NCBI GenBank assembly: GCA_963665815.1
Contig: OY762463.1
Span: 1,056,001-1,120,000, forward strand
Length of the DNA stretch: 64,000 nucleotides
Origin: Candidatus Cloacimonadales bacterium
Lineage (GTDB): Bacteria; Cloacimonadota; Cloacimonadia; Cloacimonadales; JAIOQZ01
Reading direction: 5' to 3'
Numbering within the stretch: the first letter of the stretch is position 1; each line of letters begins with the position of its first letter. The notes under the pieces are model-generated. The model was not told where the DNA came from. It did not search any database and saw nothing but the letters and a program-made list of their open reading frames with translations. This document shows positions 37,126 to 47,544 of this stretch, piece by piece. The position numbers and the translations under genes were made by a program.

Positions 37126-39345
37126 TTAGAATATCATAGGACAGCCTATGGATACAAATGTTGTTAAATCGTCACGCTCTGAATTCCCATATAGAGACAG
37201 TTCAATAGGACCTATAGGTGAAATATAACCAACGGTAACTCCTCCACCTAACAAAAGCCCATACTTTTTACCATAAATATCCTTGCCCTCAGAACGAAAC
37301 AAATCTCGATAAGAATCCCCTATCTTACAGCCATTACCTTTTAAAGATATTACAAGATTTTCTATCGGCTCATAATGTAACGATGCTTGCATGACAAAAG
37401 CATTTACAACAGTTTTCTCCATAAAAGAAAAACCCCAAAGCGGCAAGTTTAATACGGAAGAATAATGTTCTCCTCCCACATAAATCTGTCTATCTCCGGT
37501 GATTTCATTGTTGTCTCTTCCACCAAACCACATATCACCAGATGCAAAAAAATCTCCAATTTCCATAACTTCTTTGTAATGCATAAAGTAATGATTAACA
37601 TTTTTTTCATTATTATCATCAACAATTCTATTGTGACTTTGCCTGTAATCCAGATGCAGTTTCACTCCATTTCTGGGATAAAATGTCCTGTCCAGATTAT
37701 CCATGAGCATATACATTCTGAATACAAGATATTTACTATATTCAGATCCCTGATACCAACTTGGTTTGACAAAATTAGGTGTCAGTTCCACACGCTCATA
37801 GGACACATCTCCCCCAATAACAAATTCGTTGGTGAATGTTGTCTGCAAACCTATTGAACCGGCAAATTGCTTATACTTGAAGTTTGCCGAAATTGCATAA
37901 GATGAATCCCTTATACTTACATCAAGTTTATTGAACCAGATTTTTGTTTTTAATCCAAAACCCGGTTTCCAGCCTGTATGAATAAAATACTGTGCTTCTG
38001 TTCCATAATTTTCGCTTAACTTGAAATCAATAGACAGTTTCGAGCTTTCCAACAGAAAATTTCTATATGTTCTGTTCAATAAAACAGAAGACTTTAGATC
38101 CGTGTTATAGTGCAGCCCGACCCTGAATGAATTTACATTCTTTTCTACAACCCTGAGTATCAGGTGAATACCATTATTTACCGGTTTGAACTCATACGTT
38201 ACCCTCTCGAAATATCCTGATCCGTATAGTCGGTCAACAAGCTCACTTAAATCATCCTGATTCATCCATCTGTTTTCAATAATTCCATGCATCCCAATGA
38301 TGATGTTTTTAGAAAGTTTATCAAGCCCTTTGACTTCAGTTTTAACTACATATAGTGAATCAACAGATTTTATAGGAAAAAAGTTTTCCTTTCTGTTTTT
38401 CTGTGACTCAGCAATTTTCAGAAGTTCTTTAAATTGCCTTCGCGCAGCTCTTTCACCAATTGCAATTAGAGAATCAATATACTCGAAATCTGTAATGGAA
38501 TAGGCCTCAGTATCTGGTTGAATAAGTAAATCAACAAGCTTTCGTTGTTCAAGAGTAGAGAATGCACCATTCAGCCCTATAGACTGTTCAACAATATTTA
38601 CAAGTGTCTGTAGTTGTTCTTTTGATTTAAATGTTCTGGCAACATCAATACCAATTACATAATCCGCTCCCATTTCAATACAGTCTGAGACAGGGAAATT
38701 CCTTACAAGACCACCATCAACAAGTAATTTTCCATTAAGCTCAATAGGCTTAAACATTGTTGGTATAGACATACTTGCACGAATTGCATCAGCAAGATAA
38801 CCTGAATCAAACACAACAGCTTCACCCTTTTCAATGTCAGTAGCAACACATCTGAATGGAATCGGAAAATCATCAAAGCTTTCCAGATGATGTACTGAAA
38901 GGGTTAATTTTGCCAGTAAATTGGAAAAGTTCTGGCCTGCAACGAGCCCCGAAGGTAATACAGGCTTATTATTCAGCATAGGAAATGAAAGAGCATATCT
39001 TTTTTCAAGATCCTTTTCTTCCATTGAAAGAGCAGTTCTCGGCGTTTTATCCATTAAAAAGGAGTTCCAGTCAATACTCTTTGCCAAATCTTCCAATTCA
39101 TCAGGAGTATACCCAATTGCATATAGTGCTCCAAGAATACTCCCCATACTGGTGCCAGAAATATAATCAACTTTTAAGCCAAGTTCATCAATTACCTTCA
39201 GTACGCCAATATGAGCAAAACCCTTAGCTCCACCACCACTTAAAACGAGTCCGACCTTAAGTGAGTCACACTCATTGAGATTAGCTTGTGGATTTGCAAA
39301 CAGCATTCCGGCTGTAATAAACAAAATGATAAATATGTATTTCAT
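37126..39345 (-). CDS. Patatin-like phospholipase with POTRA and beta-barrel (PlpD-like)
   Basis: LSGGGAKG, GTSMG, DGG motifs; POTRA-like segment; Omp85-type C-terminus (SPIGPIEL). Confidence 0.9.
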   Translation of the reverse strand: MKYIFIILFITAGMLFANPQANLNECDSLKVGLVLSGGGAKGFAHIGVLKVIDELGLKVDYISGTSMGSILGALYAIGYTPDELEDLAKSIDWNSFLMDKTPRTALSMEEKDLEKRYALSFPMLNNKPVLPSGLVAGQNFSNLLAKLTLSVHHLESFDDFPIPFRCVATDIEKGEAVVFDSGYLADAIRASMSIPTMFKPIELNGKLLVDGGLVRNFPVSDCIEMGADYVIGIDVARTFKSKEQLQTLVNIVEQSIGLNGAFSTLEQRKLVDLLIQPDTEAYSITDFEYIDSLIAIGERAARRQFKELLKIAESQKNRKENFFPIKSVDSLYVVKTEVKGLDKLSKNIIIGMHGIIENRWMNQDDLSELVDRLYGSGYFERVTYEFKPVNNGIHLILRVVEKNVNSFRVGLHYNTDLKSSVLLNRTYRNFLLESSKLSIDFKLSENYGTEAQYFIHTGWKPGFGLKTKIWFNKLDVSIRDSSYAISANFKYKQFAGSIGLQTTFTNEFVIGGDVSYERVELTPNFVKPSWYQGSEYSKYLVFRMYMLMDNLDRTFYPRNGVKLHLDYRQSHNRIVDDNNEKNVNHYFMHYKEVMEIGDFFASGDMWFGGRDNNEITGDRQIYVGGEHYSSVLNLPLWGFSFMEKTVVNAFVMQASLHYEPIENLVISLKGNGCKIGDSYRDLFRSEGKDIYGKKYGLLLGGGVTVGYISPIGPIELSLYGNSERDDLTTFVSIGCPMIF

Positions 39346-40103
39346 TATTTCGATGCGTTTTTCAATAAAGCTTCAATATCAATTTCACCATCATCATCGT
39401 CTAACAGAAAATCATTGTTCTCTTCTACAGGGTTACTGCATTTTCTTGCAGGGAACTCGATATTAAAGTGCGATATCCCATCTACTGCTTTTAAAGCAAT
39501 TGTAAACTCACTTTGAGAAATCAAGTCAGCAATTAGTTTCAGTTCAAGTTCATCCTCAAGTTTTGCAGAATTAAAAAAATCTGTTTCAATGATAACAGCA
39601 TCTTCCTTGAGCTTAAAACAAATATCTATACTTGCATTTTCATCTTCCGTGTTAAGGAAAATTGTAACCTGTTCCCCATCTGCTGTATTGTCCAGAATAT
39701 AATCAATTGCCAGAGTAAGTATATTAAGAAGGACAGAAGCATTAATGTCTGCTACAACATTATTATCAACATTCAGAATTACTTCTCTTCGATGCTTATA
39801 TGTCATATTAGACATATAAAAAATATCAAACTGCTCAATAACTTCTCTGACACTTACCAGATGGTCATCCATATTCTTATCTACATCAATTACATACGTA
39901 ACATTCTTAAGTATTCTATTGATTCTGGACAATTGAGATTCAATTTTATCAAGTCCTTTCAAGTCAGGATTTTTCATCTGCAGTAACTCAAGTCTACCGG
40001 AAATTCCCATTATCGGAGTATTCAAATTATGAATCAATCCTCCAATCAATTTTCCATATTTTGATGACTTATACAAATCAATTAGTTCTTTTTTCATATT
40101 CAT
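39345..40103 (-). CDS. HisKA-domain protein with degenerate ATPase domain
   Basis: H-box GLIHNLNTPI; no N-box Asn or DxGxG. Confidence 0.65.
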   Translation of the reverse strand: MNMKKELIDLYKSSKYGKLIGGLIHNLNTPIMGISGRLELLQMKNPDLKGLDKIESQLSRINRILKNVTYVIDVDKNMDDHLVSVREVIEQFDIFYMSNMTYKHRREVILNVDNNVVADINASVLLNILTLAIDYILDNTADGEQVTIFLNTEDENASIDICFKLKEDAVIIETDFFNSAKLEDELELKLIADLISQSEFTIALKAVDGISHFNIEFPARKCSNPVEENNDFLLDDDDGEIDIEALLKNASK

Positions 40104-40191
40104 ATCAAAATTATATTTTTAAACAGCTAAAAGTCAACAGCAAAAATTATTTAAATAAAAAACGAGTTAATCAGTAACATAAAATGAGATG

Positions 40192-40216
40192 AAAAAAGGG
40201 GGGAAAATCCCCCTTT
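40192..40216 (-). terminator. Terminator after aminotransferase gene
   Basis: aaaggggg/cccccttt stem flanked by an A run. Confidence 0.65.
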
Positions 40217-40220
40217 AACT

Positions 40221-41429
40221 CTATTTAAGATTGTCTTTTATAACTTTAGCCAATCTTTTTACACCTTCAATGTTTTTTTCTATTGTTGTGAATGAGAAAT
40301 TTATTCTCATTGTATTCTGTCCGCCACCATTACAATAGAAGGCAGAACCAATTACAAATGCAACCTTTTCTTCAATTGCATGTTTGAATAATTCTTCCGC
40401 ATCCATATATTCCGGAAGAGTAAGGAAAAGGAACAATCCACCATCAGGAACAGTCCATGTTACTCCTTCAGGCATATGCTTATCAAATTCAGCAAGCATA
40501 ACATCGCGCTTTTCACGATACATTTCCTTAATCTTCTCAATGTTTTTATCCATTAATCCTTTTTCCAGGAATTTTGCTGCAATTCGCTGAGTAAACGGAG
40601 GTGTACATAAATCAACAGCTTGTTTGGCAACAACAAGTTTGTCGATCACATCTTCATGCCCAAGAGCCCAGCCTAATCTGAATCCTGGAACAAATGTCTT
40701 TGAAAAAGTTCCAAGAGTAAGTACATGACCGGTATCATCAAGAGCTATCATAGGAGGAACATGTTCTCCCTCAAATCTCAGTTCTCTGTATGGGCTGTCT
40801 TCAATAATCAGAACATCATACTTCTTAGCAATTTCGATTATTGCTACTCTCCTGTCTTCAGGCATACTGATTCCTGCAGGATTTTGAAAATCTGGAATAC
40901 AATATATTAATTTTGGTTTTTCACCATTATCCTGCATTTGCTTGAGGGTTTCTTCAAGTTTATCCGCTCTCATTCCATCTTCATCCATTTCAACACCTAC
41001 GAGATCAGCTCCATAACTGTTAAATGCGGACAATCCACCGAGATAAGAAGGCAGTTCACATATTATCTTGTCACCCCTGTCAACAAAGATCTTTGCAACA
41101 AGATCAAGTCCCTGTTGAGATGCAGTAGTAATCAGAATGTTATCCATTCCAAGATCAACACCGTCTTTCTTATAGCGCTTAAGAAGCTCTTCCCTGAGAA
41201 GATTGTCACCTTCTGTAGGACCATATTGAAGTACCATTGTTGGATCTTCTTCCATAATCTCATGAATTATTTCTTTCAGTTCTTCTACCGGGAATGATTC
41301 AGGAGCCGGAAGTCCACCTGCAAATGAAATTATATCAGGATTTCTTGTTAACTTAAGAAGTTCCCTGATTGCTGATCTTTTCATACCTTTTGCATTCTTA
41401 GAAAAAATGTTTTGTAAATCAGTTACCAT
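40221..41429 (-). CDS. PLP-dependent class I aminotransferase (LysN/2-aminoadipate transaminase-like)
   Basis: ISFAGGLP, FQNP.G, EDSPY, GTFSK...PG.RLGW. Confidence 0.9.
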   Translation of the reverse strand: MVTDLQNIFSKNAKGMKRSAIRELLKLTRNPDIISFAGGLPAPESFPVEELKEIIHEIMEEDPTMVLQYGPTEGDNLLREELLKRYKKDGVDLGMDNILITTASQQGLDLVAKIFVDRGDKIICELPSYLGGLSAFNSYGADLVGVEMDEDGMRADKLEETLKQMQDNGEKPKLIYCIPDFQNPAGISMPEDRRVAIIEIAKKYDVLIIEDSPYRELRFEGEHVPPMIALDDTGHVLTLGTFSKTFVPGFRLGWALGHEDVIDKLVVAKQAVDLCTPPFTQRIAAKFLEKGLMDKNIEKIKEMYREKRDVMLAEFDKHMPEGVTWTVPDGGLFLFLTLPEYMDAEELFKHAIEEKVAFVIGSAFYCNGGGQNTMRINFSFTTIEKNIEGVKRLAKVIKDNLK

Positions 41430-41442
41430 TTTTTTCCTCCAT

Positions 41443-42747
41443 CTATATGTTTTTATACTTTAATTCTTCAATCTTTTTGTTTATTTCATTCAGAGATGAT
41501 CTATCAATGTTAACTTTCAGCACATGTTCCTGAACAACCTCATCATATTCATCCTCCAGAATAGTTGAATTGGAATATATGAAATTCAATAGTTTATGCT
41601 GCGTGTATGGTATTCTCAAAGTCGATATTGCTTTTCTGCTGCTGAGGAAAAAGTTGATTCTGCTGTATAGCTCCTCAATATTTTCTTTTTCCTTTGCAGA
41701 AATGAATATTGCCTGAGGATAGTCATTCTGAAGTTTTTTCTTCAAAAATTTAAAATGAACACCCTGAACCTTGTCAATCTTGTTGAATACCATTAGAATA
41801 TCTTTGTCAACAGCTCCAAGTTCTTCAAGTACTTCTTCAACTGCCGAAATCTGATCAAACACAAATGGATGAGAAACATCAACAACATGAAGCAGCAAAT
41901 CAGCTTCAAGAACTTCCATCAAAGTACTGTGGAAAGATTCTACCAGAGTATGGGGAAGATCTTTTATAAAACCGATTGTATCAGTTATTACAACCTGTTC
42001 TTTTCGACTCAGATAAATTGATCTTGTTGTTGCATCAAGTGTGGCAAAAAGCTCATTTGCTGCATAAACATCACCATTAGTTATCTGATTAAATAAAGTA
42101 GATTTGCCTGCATTTGTATAACCTATCAGAGCCAGATTTATTGCTTTTCTTCTTCTGGATCTTTTAGTTTCAGTATGCTTACTGATAAGCTTCAGCTTAC
42201 GTTTCAACTGAGTGATTTTGTTCTGTATCTCTCTCCGGTCAACTTCAATCTGCTTTTCCCCGGGTCCTCTGAAGCCAATACCTCCCTGAATCCTGGAAAG
42301 GTGTCCCCACAGGTTTTTCAATCTGGAGTAATTATATTCCATTTGAGCAAGCTCAACCTGTAGTTTAGCCTGTTTCGTCCGAGCATGTAATGCAAAAATA
42401 TCGAGAATCAATTCGGTTCTATCAACAATTTTACATTTGAATTCATTAGCAAGATTTCGAGATTGTGCAGGAGAAAGATCATTGTTAAAAATAATTGTAT
42501 CCGGTCGCTCTTCGTCATCAAACTCATCCATTAAAGCCTTAATCTCAACTATTTTTCCCTTCCCAATATATGTTGAAGGTTTAGGCTTTTCCATGAATTG
42601 AGAAAAAACATCCACGACTTGAGCAGATGCAGTTTTAACAAGGCTTTTGAGTTCTGATAGAGATTCTTCAAAAGCCTGTTTCTGCTTCCGGTCAGTGAGA
42701 ACACCGACAAGAATAACGCGTTCTTTTCTCTTCTTTATGGTTAGCAA
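41443..42747 (-). CDS. hflX: GTPase HflX
   Basis: DR..LILDIFA.HA, RGPGE, GYTNAGKST, LFATLD, DTIGFI, NKID. Confidence 0.97.
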   Translation of the reverse strand: MLTIKKRKERVILVGVLTDRKQKQAFEESLSELKSLVKTASAQVVDVFSQFMEKPKPSTYIGKGKIVEIKALMDEFDDEERPDTIIFNNDLSPAQSRNLANEFKCKIVDRTELILDIFALHARTKQAKLQVELAQMEYNYSRLKNLWGHLSRIQGGIGFRGPGEKQIEVDRREIQNKITQLKRKLKLISKHTETKRSRRRKAINLALIGYTNAGKSTLFNQITNGDVYAANELFATLDATTRSIYLSRKEQVVITDTIGFIKDLPHTLVESFHSTLMEVLEADLLLHVVDVSHPFVFDQISAVEEVLEELGAVDKDILMVFNKIDKVQGVHFKFLKKKLQNDYPQAIFISAKEKENIEELYSRINFFLSSRKAISTLRIPYTQHKLLNFIYSNSTILEDEYDEVVQEHVLKVNIDRSSLNEINKKIEELKYKNI

Positions 42748-42756
42748 GACAGTCCC

Positions 42757-43047
42757 TTATTCTGATTCATAAATAAGGACTTTTTTGTTTCTGTTTCTCC
42801 AGTTAGCATATTCTTCGCGAATCTCCATTAACCAGAGAGTTTTCTTGTTTTCATCTTCAAAAGTCAAAATATCCAAATGGTGAAACTTTCCTGATTTACC
42901 TCTGAAGCTTTTTTGCGGTAACTCAATATCAAGCTGATTATTTCTTCTTAATATTGTTACCTCGTTCAGGAACACACCTGGAGCAAGTTCAATAATAGCC
43001 CTTGCTTCAACGATACCCTGACTGACATCTTTAAATTTTACGTTCAT
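42757..43047 (-). CDS. SpoVG-like nucleic-acid-binding protein
   Basis: A.A.I......L..VTI.....L.I.LP.K pattern typical of the SpoVG fold; start at ATG 43047 after GAGAGG. Confidence 0.5.
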   Translation of the reverse strand: MNVKFKDVSQGIVEARAIIELAPGVFLNEVTILRRNNQLDIELPQKSFRGKSGKFHHLDILTFEDENKKTLWLMEIREEYANWRNRNKKVLIYESE

Positions 43048-43493
43048 ATAACCTCTCAAAAACTTACAATAATTCACCTTTAAAGCAATGTTTCGAACTT
43101 AATTGTCAAGTAAAACTTTGACAATTATTAGTAACCGCTTACTTGATATTAACAAATAATTAAATTATTATCTATTTTATGAAAAATCTATAGACTAAAC
43201 TATGAAGCTTAGAATAAAAATGTTTCTTTCCCTGCTCTTATCATTATTATATCTATAATAGAATTATACATAATTTTTTTTTATCGAAACGTTCAAATAC
43301 GTCTGATTCATTCAAAATAAGTATATCAGGAAGGTCTTTAATGATTAATTCGAAAATCTCATCTAAAACCAAATTCCAACGTGTTTTTATGTTGTTATGC
43401 AAACTCTCATGAATTTAAATATTGGCTGTTTCTGAAAACTAACATGAATCTGGAAATCAATAAAAATTCTTATTATTATCAGGTGAAATTCTA

Positions 43494-45755
43494 ATGAAAA
43501 AAATACTGCAACATTTTGAAAGGTTATCTCTGAACAGGAAATTAACGCTGATTTTCCTGACAATTTCAGTAGTTACGGTTGTTACAGGAGGATTAGCAGC
43601 ATCATTTATTGGTATCAGCTATTCCAAAAGCTACAAAATTAAATGGTTGAAACATATTGCAATAACTATTGGGGATTATAATTCACACAATCTGGAAATG
43701 GAGTACAGGAGCCATACAGAGGAGCAACTGGATAAACTCAGACTACTTCCAGATATTAAATACTGTTCCATTTATAACTCAGAAGGAGAACTGTTTACAA
43801 AATATTCCTCTATACATGACAATCCTTTCAGTAACATTGTTGTTGATCCTGAAATTTCTTATGGTAAAATAAAAAATAGATACATACTTGTTCAAGAGCC
43901 CATTCTGAAAAATGGCATTTTTATCGGATATATTCGAATTGCAGCAGAAACTAAGTTACGAATTCTGATCGCTGAAATTATGTCTGTTCTTCTAATTGTG
44001 ATTATTCTGTTTATCATAATCTCATATTTTTTAGGTTTGAAAGTCAGAGAAGTAATATCCAAACCAATAGGAAAATTGATTGAAGTATCCGAAGAAGTTT
44101 CAAACACAGGAAACTATTCTTTGCGAGTTAATGCAGACTCACAAGATGATCTGGGTAAATTCATAAATCATTTCAATAATATGCTTAGTGTGATTCAAAC
44201 CAGAGATATGGAATTGATCAGCTCAAATGAAAAATTCACAAACATATTCAATGCCCAGAGTGATTCCATTATCATACTTAATTGTAACGGAGATATTATT
44301 GATGTAAATCATTCAACTCTACGTATGCTGAGTATATCAAGAGTACAAGCTCTCAGATTGAATCTATTCGAAAATCTTAAACTGAGATCAGATACGGAAA
44401 CCCCAATACAAGATCTTATTAATAAAGCTGTAAATGATGGTTTTTCCGAATTCGACGGTGAATGTATAAAACCTCTGACAAACAATAAAATAAACCTCCA
44501 GATAAAGATTCGCAAACTGGATGCTTCAGATACACCTGTGCTGATAATGTCAGCCAAAGATGTTACTATTCAGAAGAGAGATGAGTTTGAGCTTGCAAGC
44601 CTCCGTGACTACCTCTCAAATGTAATCAATTCTATGCCCTCTATTCTAATAGGGGTAGATAATGAAGGAAGGATTTCTCAGTGGAATAATAAAGCCAGTT
44701 CTGAAACAGGTGTACAACATCGAGTTGCCATAGGACAAAGGATACAGGATCTGTTTCCTCATCTGAAGCCAGAAATTGACAAGATTGATAATGCAATAAC
44801 CCATCAGAAAGTTCAGCGGCTGACAAGAAAAGCACATAATGCAAAGGGACATCAGAAGATTGAAGATATTACTATTTATCCGCTTACCGGAGAAAACGTA
44901 AAAGGTGCTGTATTAATTATCGATGATATTACAGATAGAGTCAACATGGAAAAAATGATGATTCAATCGGAAAAAATGATGTCAATAGGGGGACTTGCCG
45001 CAGGTATGGCTCATGAGATTAATAATCCACTTGCCGGTATCATTCAGAATATTCAGATCATTGAGAACAGACTGCTTTCCTCATCCGCTAAAAATTCATC
45101 AGTTGCTGAAGAAATCGGATTTGACCTCGAGCTTATGAGAGCGTACATAAGTAAGAGAGGAATCGAAAAAATGCTGAAATACATTAAAGATTCCGGTGTA
45201 AGGGCATCAGTTATTGTAAAAAATATGCTGAGTTTCTCAAGGAAAGGTGTCAAAGAAAAAGTAAGAAGCTCTGTTACAGAACTGATTGAGAATACGATTC
45301 AGCTTGCTTTTAATGAATACAATCTCAAAAAGAGACTTGATTTCAGAAAAATTAACATTATTAAGCAATACGAAGAACCCCTTCCGGATATTTTGTGCGA
45401 TCCGGGCAGTATACAGCAAGTATTCCTGAATATACTCAAAAATGGTGCTCAGGCTATGCAGACCAAGCAAACTGAAGGATATAAACCAGAATTCAATATT
45501 TCAGTTTCAAAGGCTCATCACAACATCAGAATTGTTATAAGAGATAATGGACCTGGAATTCCGGATGAATTGATCAATAACATATTCGAGCCTTTCTTTA
45601 CAACTAAGGAAGTAGGAGAAGGTACCGGTCTCGGAATGTCAGTATCCTACTTCATTATAACCGATAAGCATGGTGGAAACATCAGCGTCAAATCTCAGAA
45701 AGGAGAATGGACAAGTTTTATCATTGAGCTTCCTGCCGTTGAAAATCCGGAATAG
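43494..45755 (+). CDS. Membrane sensor histidine kinase (periplasmic sensor, HAMP, two PAS, HisKA, HATPase)
   Basis: AHEINNPL, QVFLNILKN, DNGPG, FEPFFTTK..GTGLG. Confidence 0.95.
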   Translation: MKKILQHFERLSLNRKLTLIFLTISVVTVVTGGLAASFIGISYSKSYKIKWLKHIAITIGDYNSHNLEMEYRSHTEEQLDKLRLLPDIKYCSIYNSEGELFTKYSSIHDNPFSNIVVDPEISYGKIKNRYILVQEPILKNGIFIGYIRIAAETKLRILIAEIMSVLLIVIILFIIISYFLGLKVREVISKPIGKLIEVSEEVSNTGNYSLRVNADSQDDLGKFINHFNNMLSVIQTRDMELISSNEKFTNIFNAQSDSIIILNCNGDIIDVNHSTLRMLSISRVQALRLNLFENLKLRSDTETPIQDLINKAVNDGFSEFDGECIKPLTNNKINLQIKIRKLDASDTPVLIMSAKDVTIQKRDEFELASLRDYLSNVINSMPSILIGVDNEGRISQWNNKASSETGVQHRVAIGQRIQDLFPHLKPEIDKIDNAITHQKVQRLTRKAHNAKGHQKIEDITIYPLTGENVKGAVLIIDDITDRVNMEKMMIQSEKMMSIGGLAAGMAHEINNPLAGIIQNIQIIENRLLSSSAKNSSVAEEIGFDLELMRAYISKRGIEKMLKYIKDSGVRASVIVKNMLSFSRKGVKEKVRSSVTELIENTIQLAFNEYNLKKRLDFRKINIIKQYEEPLPDILCDPGSIQQVFLNILKNGAQAMQTKQTEGYKPEFNISVSKAHHNIRIVIRDNGPGIPDELINNIFEPFFTTKEVGEGTGLGMSVSYFIITDKHGGNISVKSQKGEWTSFIIELPAVENPE

Positions 45756-45765
45756 AATGTTGTTA

Positions 45766-47418
45766 CTATTTTAAAAGAACACTTTTCTTTACAATAGATT
45801 TACATCCGGGTTTATGCATTCGGATAAAATACACACCCGTTGATACTTTCTTACCTGAATCACTATCTCCTTCCCACATAACATTATGTTTACCTGAAGG
45901 AAACTCCTCTTTAACAATGCTCTTTACGTGCTGTCCCTTTACATTATAAACATCAACTTCCACAATTGATTTTTCACTCAAATCAAAACTAATATTAGTT
46001 CTCGGGTTGAATGGATTAGGATACAAACTCATTGAAGTAACACGACTGATTTCGTTTTGACCTGAATCTGTTACTCCTTCTCTAATTTTCCCTACAAAAC
46101 AATCTCTGTTTCCGTTAGATGTTACTGATAAATTACCAAATACAGCTGTTGAAGAAAATCCTCCTGCTATAAATATATTTCCATCATCGGATATGTACAT
46201 AGCTGTTCCCCTGTCCCAACCAATAGAACCTGCTTCTTCAACCCATTGCCAGTTGCCTGAAGAATCTAATTTGAGAACAAAAACATCTCTTCCTCCGAAG
46301 CCGTTAAGATTATCATTACCCATTACAGCCACACCGTCAAAATAACCTGTAGCATAAATATCTCCATTGGAACCTAAAAAAATATCTGTTGCAGAATCCC
46401 ATTCTGAGGAGCCACCATGTGCTACCCAATTCCAGTTTCCTGAATCATTTATACTGGCAATATACAGATCTCTGTTCCCGTTTCCTGTCACCTGAAGACT
46501 GTCAAAAAAAGCTATATCAGTAAAATGTCCACTGACTACAGCTCCTGAATCAGATGGAATAATCTGATATGCCTCATCAAAATTATTGCCACCAAATCCA
46601 TTTACCCATATAAAATCACCTGAGTCATTCATCTCGGCAACAAATCCATCAGTATAACCATCACTTGTCAGTGTATCTGAGCCTAATACTGCATTTCCTG
46701 TAAACATACCGCAAAGTAAAACCCTGTTATTCTCAGCCAGTTTAATATCTATCCCGGCATCTGCACCGCTTCCTCCTGCTTTTTTTACAAGGTTCCAATC
46801 CCTGAGTGAATTTAATCTGGCAACAAGAATATCAGTGCTACCGGCACAAAGCAGAGTATCGGTACTGATCAGTATTGTATCACTGAATGATCCTGCTATA
46901 TATACATTATTTGTACTATCAATAGAAATACTGTTTCCGATATCCCAACCTGAACTACCGATTTCTTCGGACCAGAGCCAGTTCCCGTCAGAATCAAGCT
47001 TTGACACAAAAATGTCTCCATAACCGGAACTCACAAGTGAGTCCTGACCGAAAAAAGCAGTACCTTCAAAAACACCTGTAATCATTATACAATTATCAGC
47101 AGTAACATCTATATCATTTCCTTCATCAGTAAAAGAAGTTCCTCCCGCACTTGTACACCACAACCAGTTTCCTTGAGAATCCATCTTAGCAACAAAAATA
47201 TCTCTACCACCGAGACTTGCCACATACTCATTGCCAAACCATTGACTGCCTTCAAAATATCCAGTAACATACAGATTGCCGTTATCATCTCCAACAATAC
47301 CGTTAAGCTGCATATCCATTGCGCCACCACCTGTAGCAACCCAATCCCAGACCGGAGTCTGAGCATTAACAAAACTTGCTAAAAAAAACATAAATGCTAT
47401 TGTTGCGGATATTTTCAT
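45766..47418 (-). CDS. Secreted beta-propeller (SBBP-type repeat) protein with FlgD-Ig/CTD
   Basis: Repeated G.RDIFV.K.DS.GNW.W units; YPNPFNP; start at ATG 47418. Confidence 0.88.
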   Translation of the reverse strand: MKISATIAFMFFLASFVNAQTPVWDWVATGGGAMDMQLNGIVGDDNGNLYVTGYFEGSQWFGNEYVASLGGRDIFVAKMDSQGNWLWCTSAGGTSFTDEGNDIDVTADNCIMITGVFEGTAFFGQDSLVSSGYGDIFVSKLDSDGNWLWSEEIGSSGWDIGNSISIDSTNNVYIAGSFSDTILISTDTLLCAGSTDILVARLNSLRDWNLVKKAGGSGADAGIDIKLAENNRVLLCGMFTGNAVLGSDTLTSDGYTDGFVAEMNDSGDFIWVNGFGGNNFDEAYQIIPSDSGAVVSGHFTDIAFFDSLQVTGNGNRDLYIASINDSGNWNWVAHGGSSEWDSATDIFLGSNGDIYATGYFDGVAVMGNDNLNGFGGRDVFVLKLDSSGNWQWVEEAGSIGWDRGTAMYISDDGNIFIAGGFSSTAVFGNLSVTSNGNRDCFVGKIREGVTDSGQNEISRVTSMSLYPNPFNPRTNISFDLSEKSIVEVDVYNVKGQHVKSIVKEEFPSGKHNVMWEGDSDSGKKVSTGVYFIRMHKPGCKSIVKKSVLLK

Positions 47419-47493
47419 AATATCTCTCCTGACTGAATTAACAAATTTATACACCTGAACCTTAAAACGTAAAGAAATAAATATTGATATAGC

Positions 47494-47522
47494 AAAAAAA
47501 AAGCTGCAGGAATACCTGCAGC
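47494..47522 (-). terminator. Terminator after porin gene
   Basis: gctgcagg-N4-cctgcagc followed by a T9 run on the minus strand. Confidence 0.85.
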
Positions 47523-47544
47523 CTTAAATATATCGTTTTTCAGT

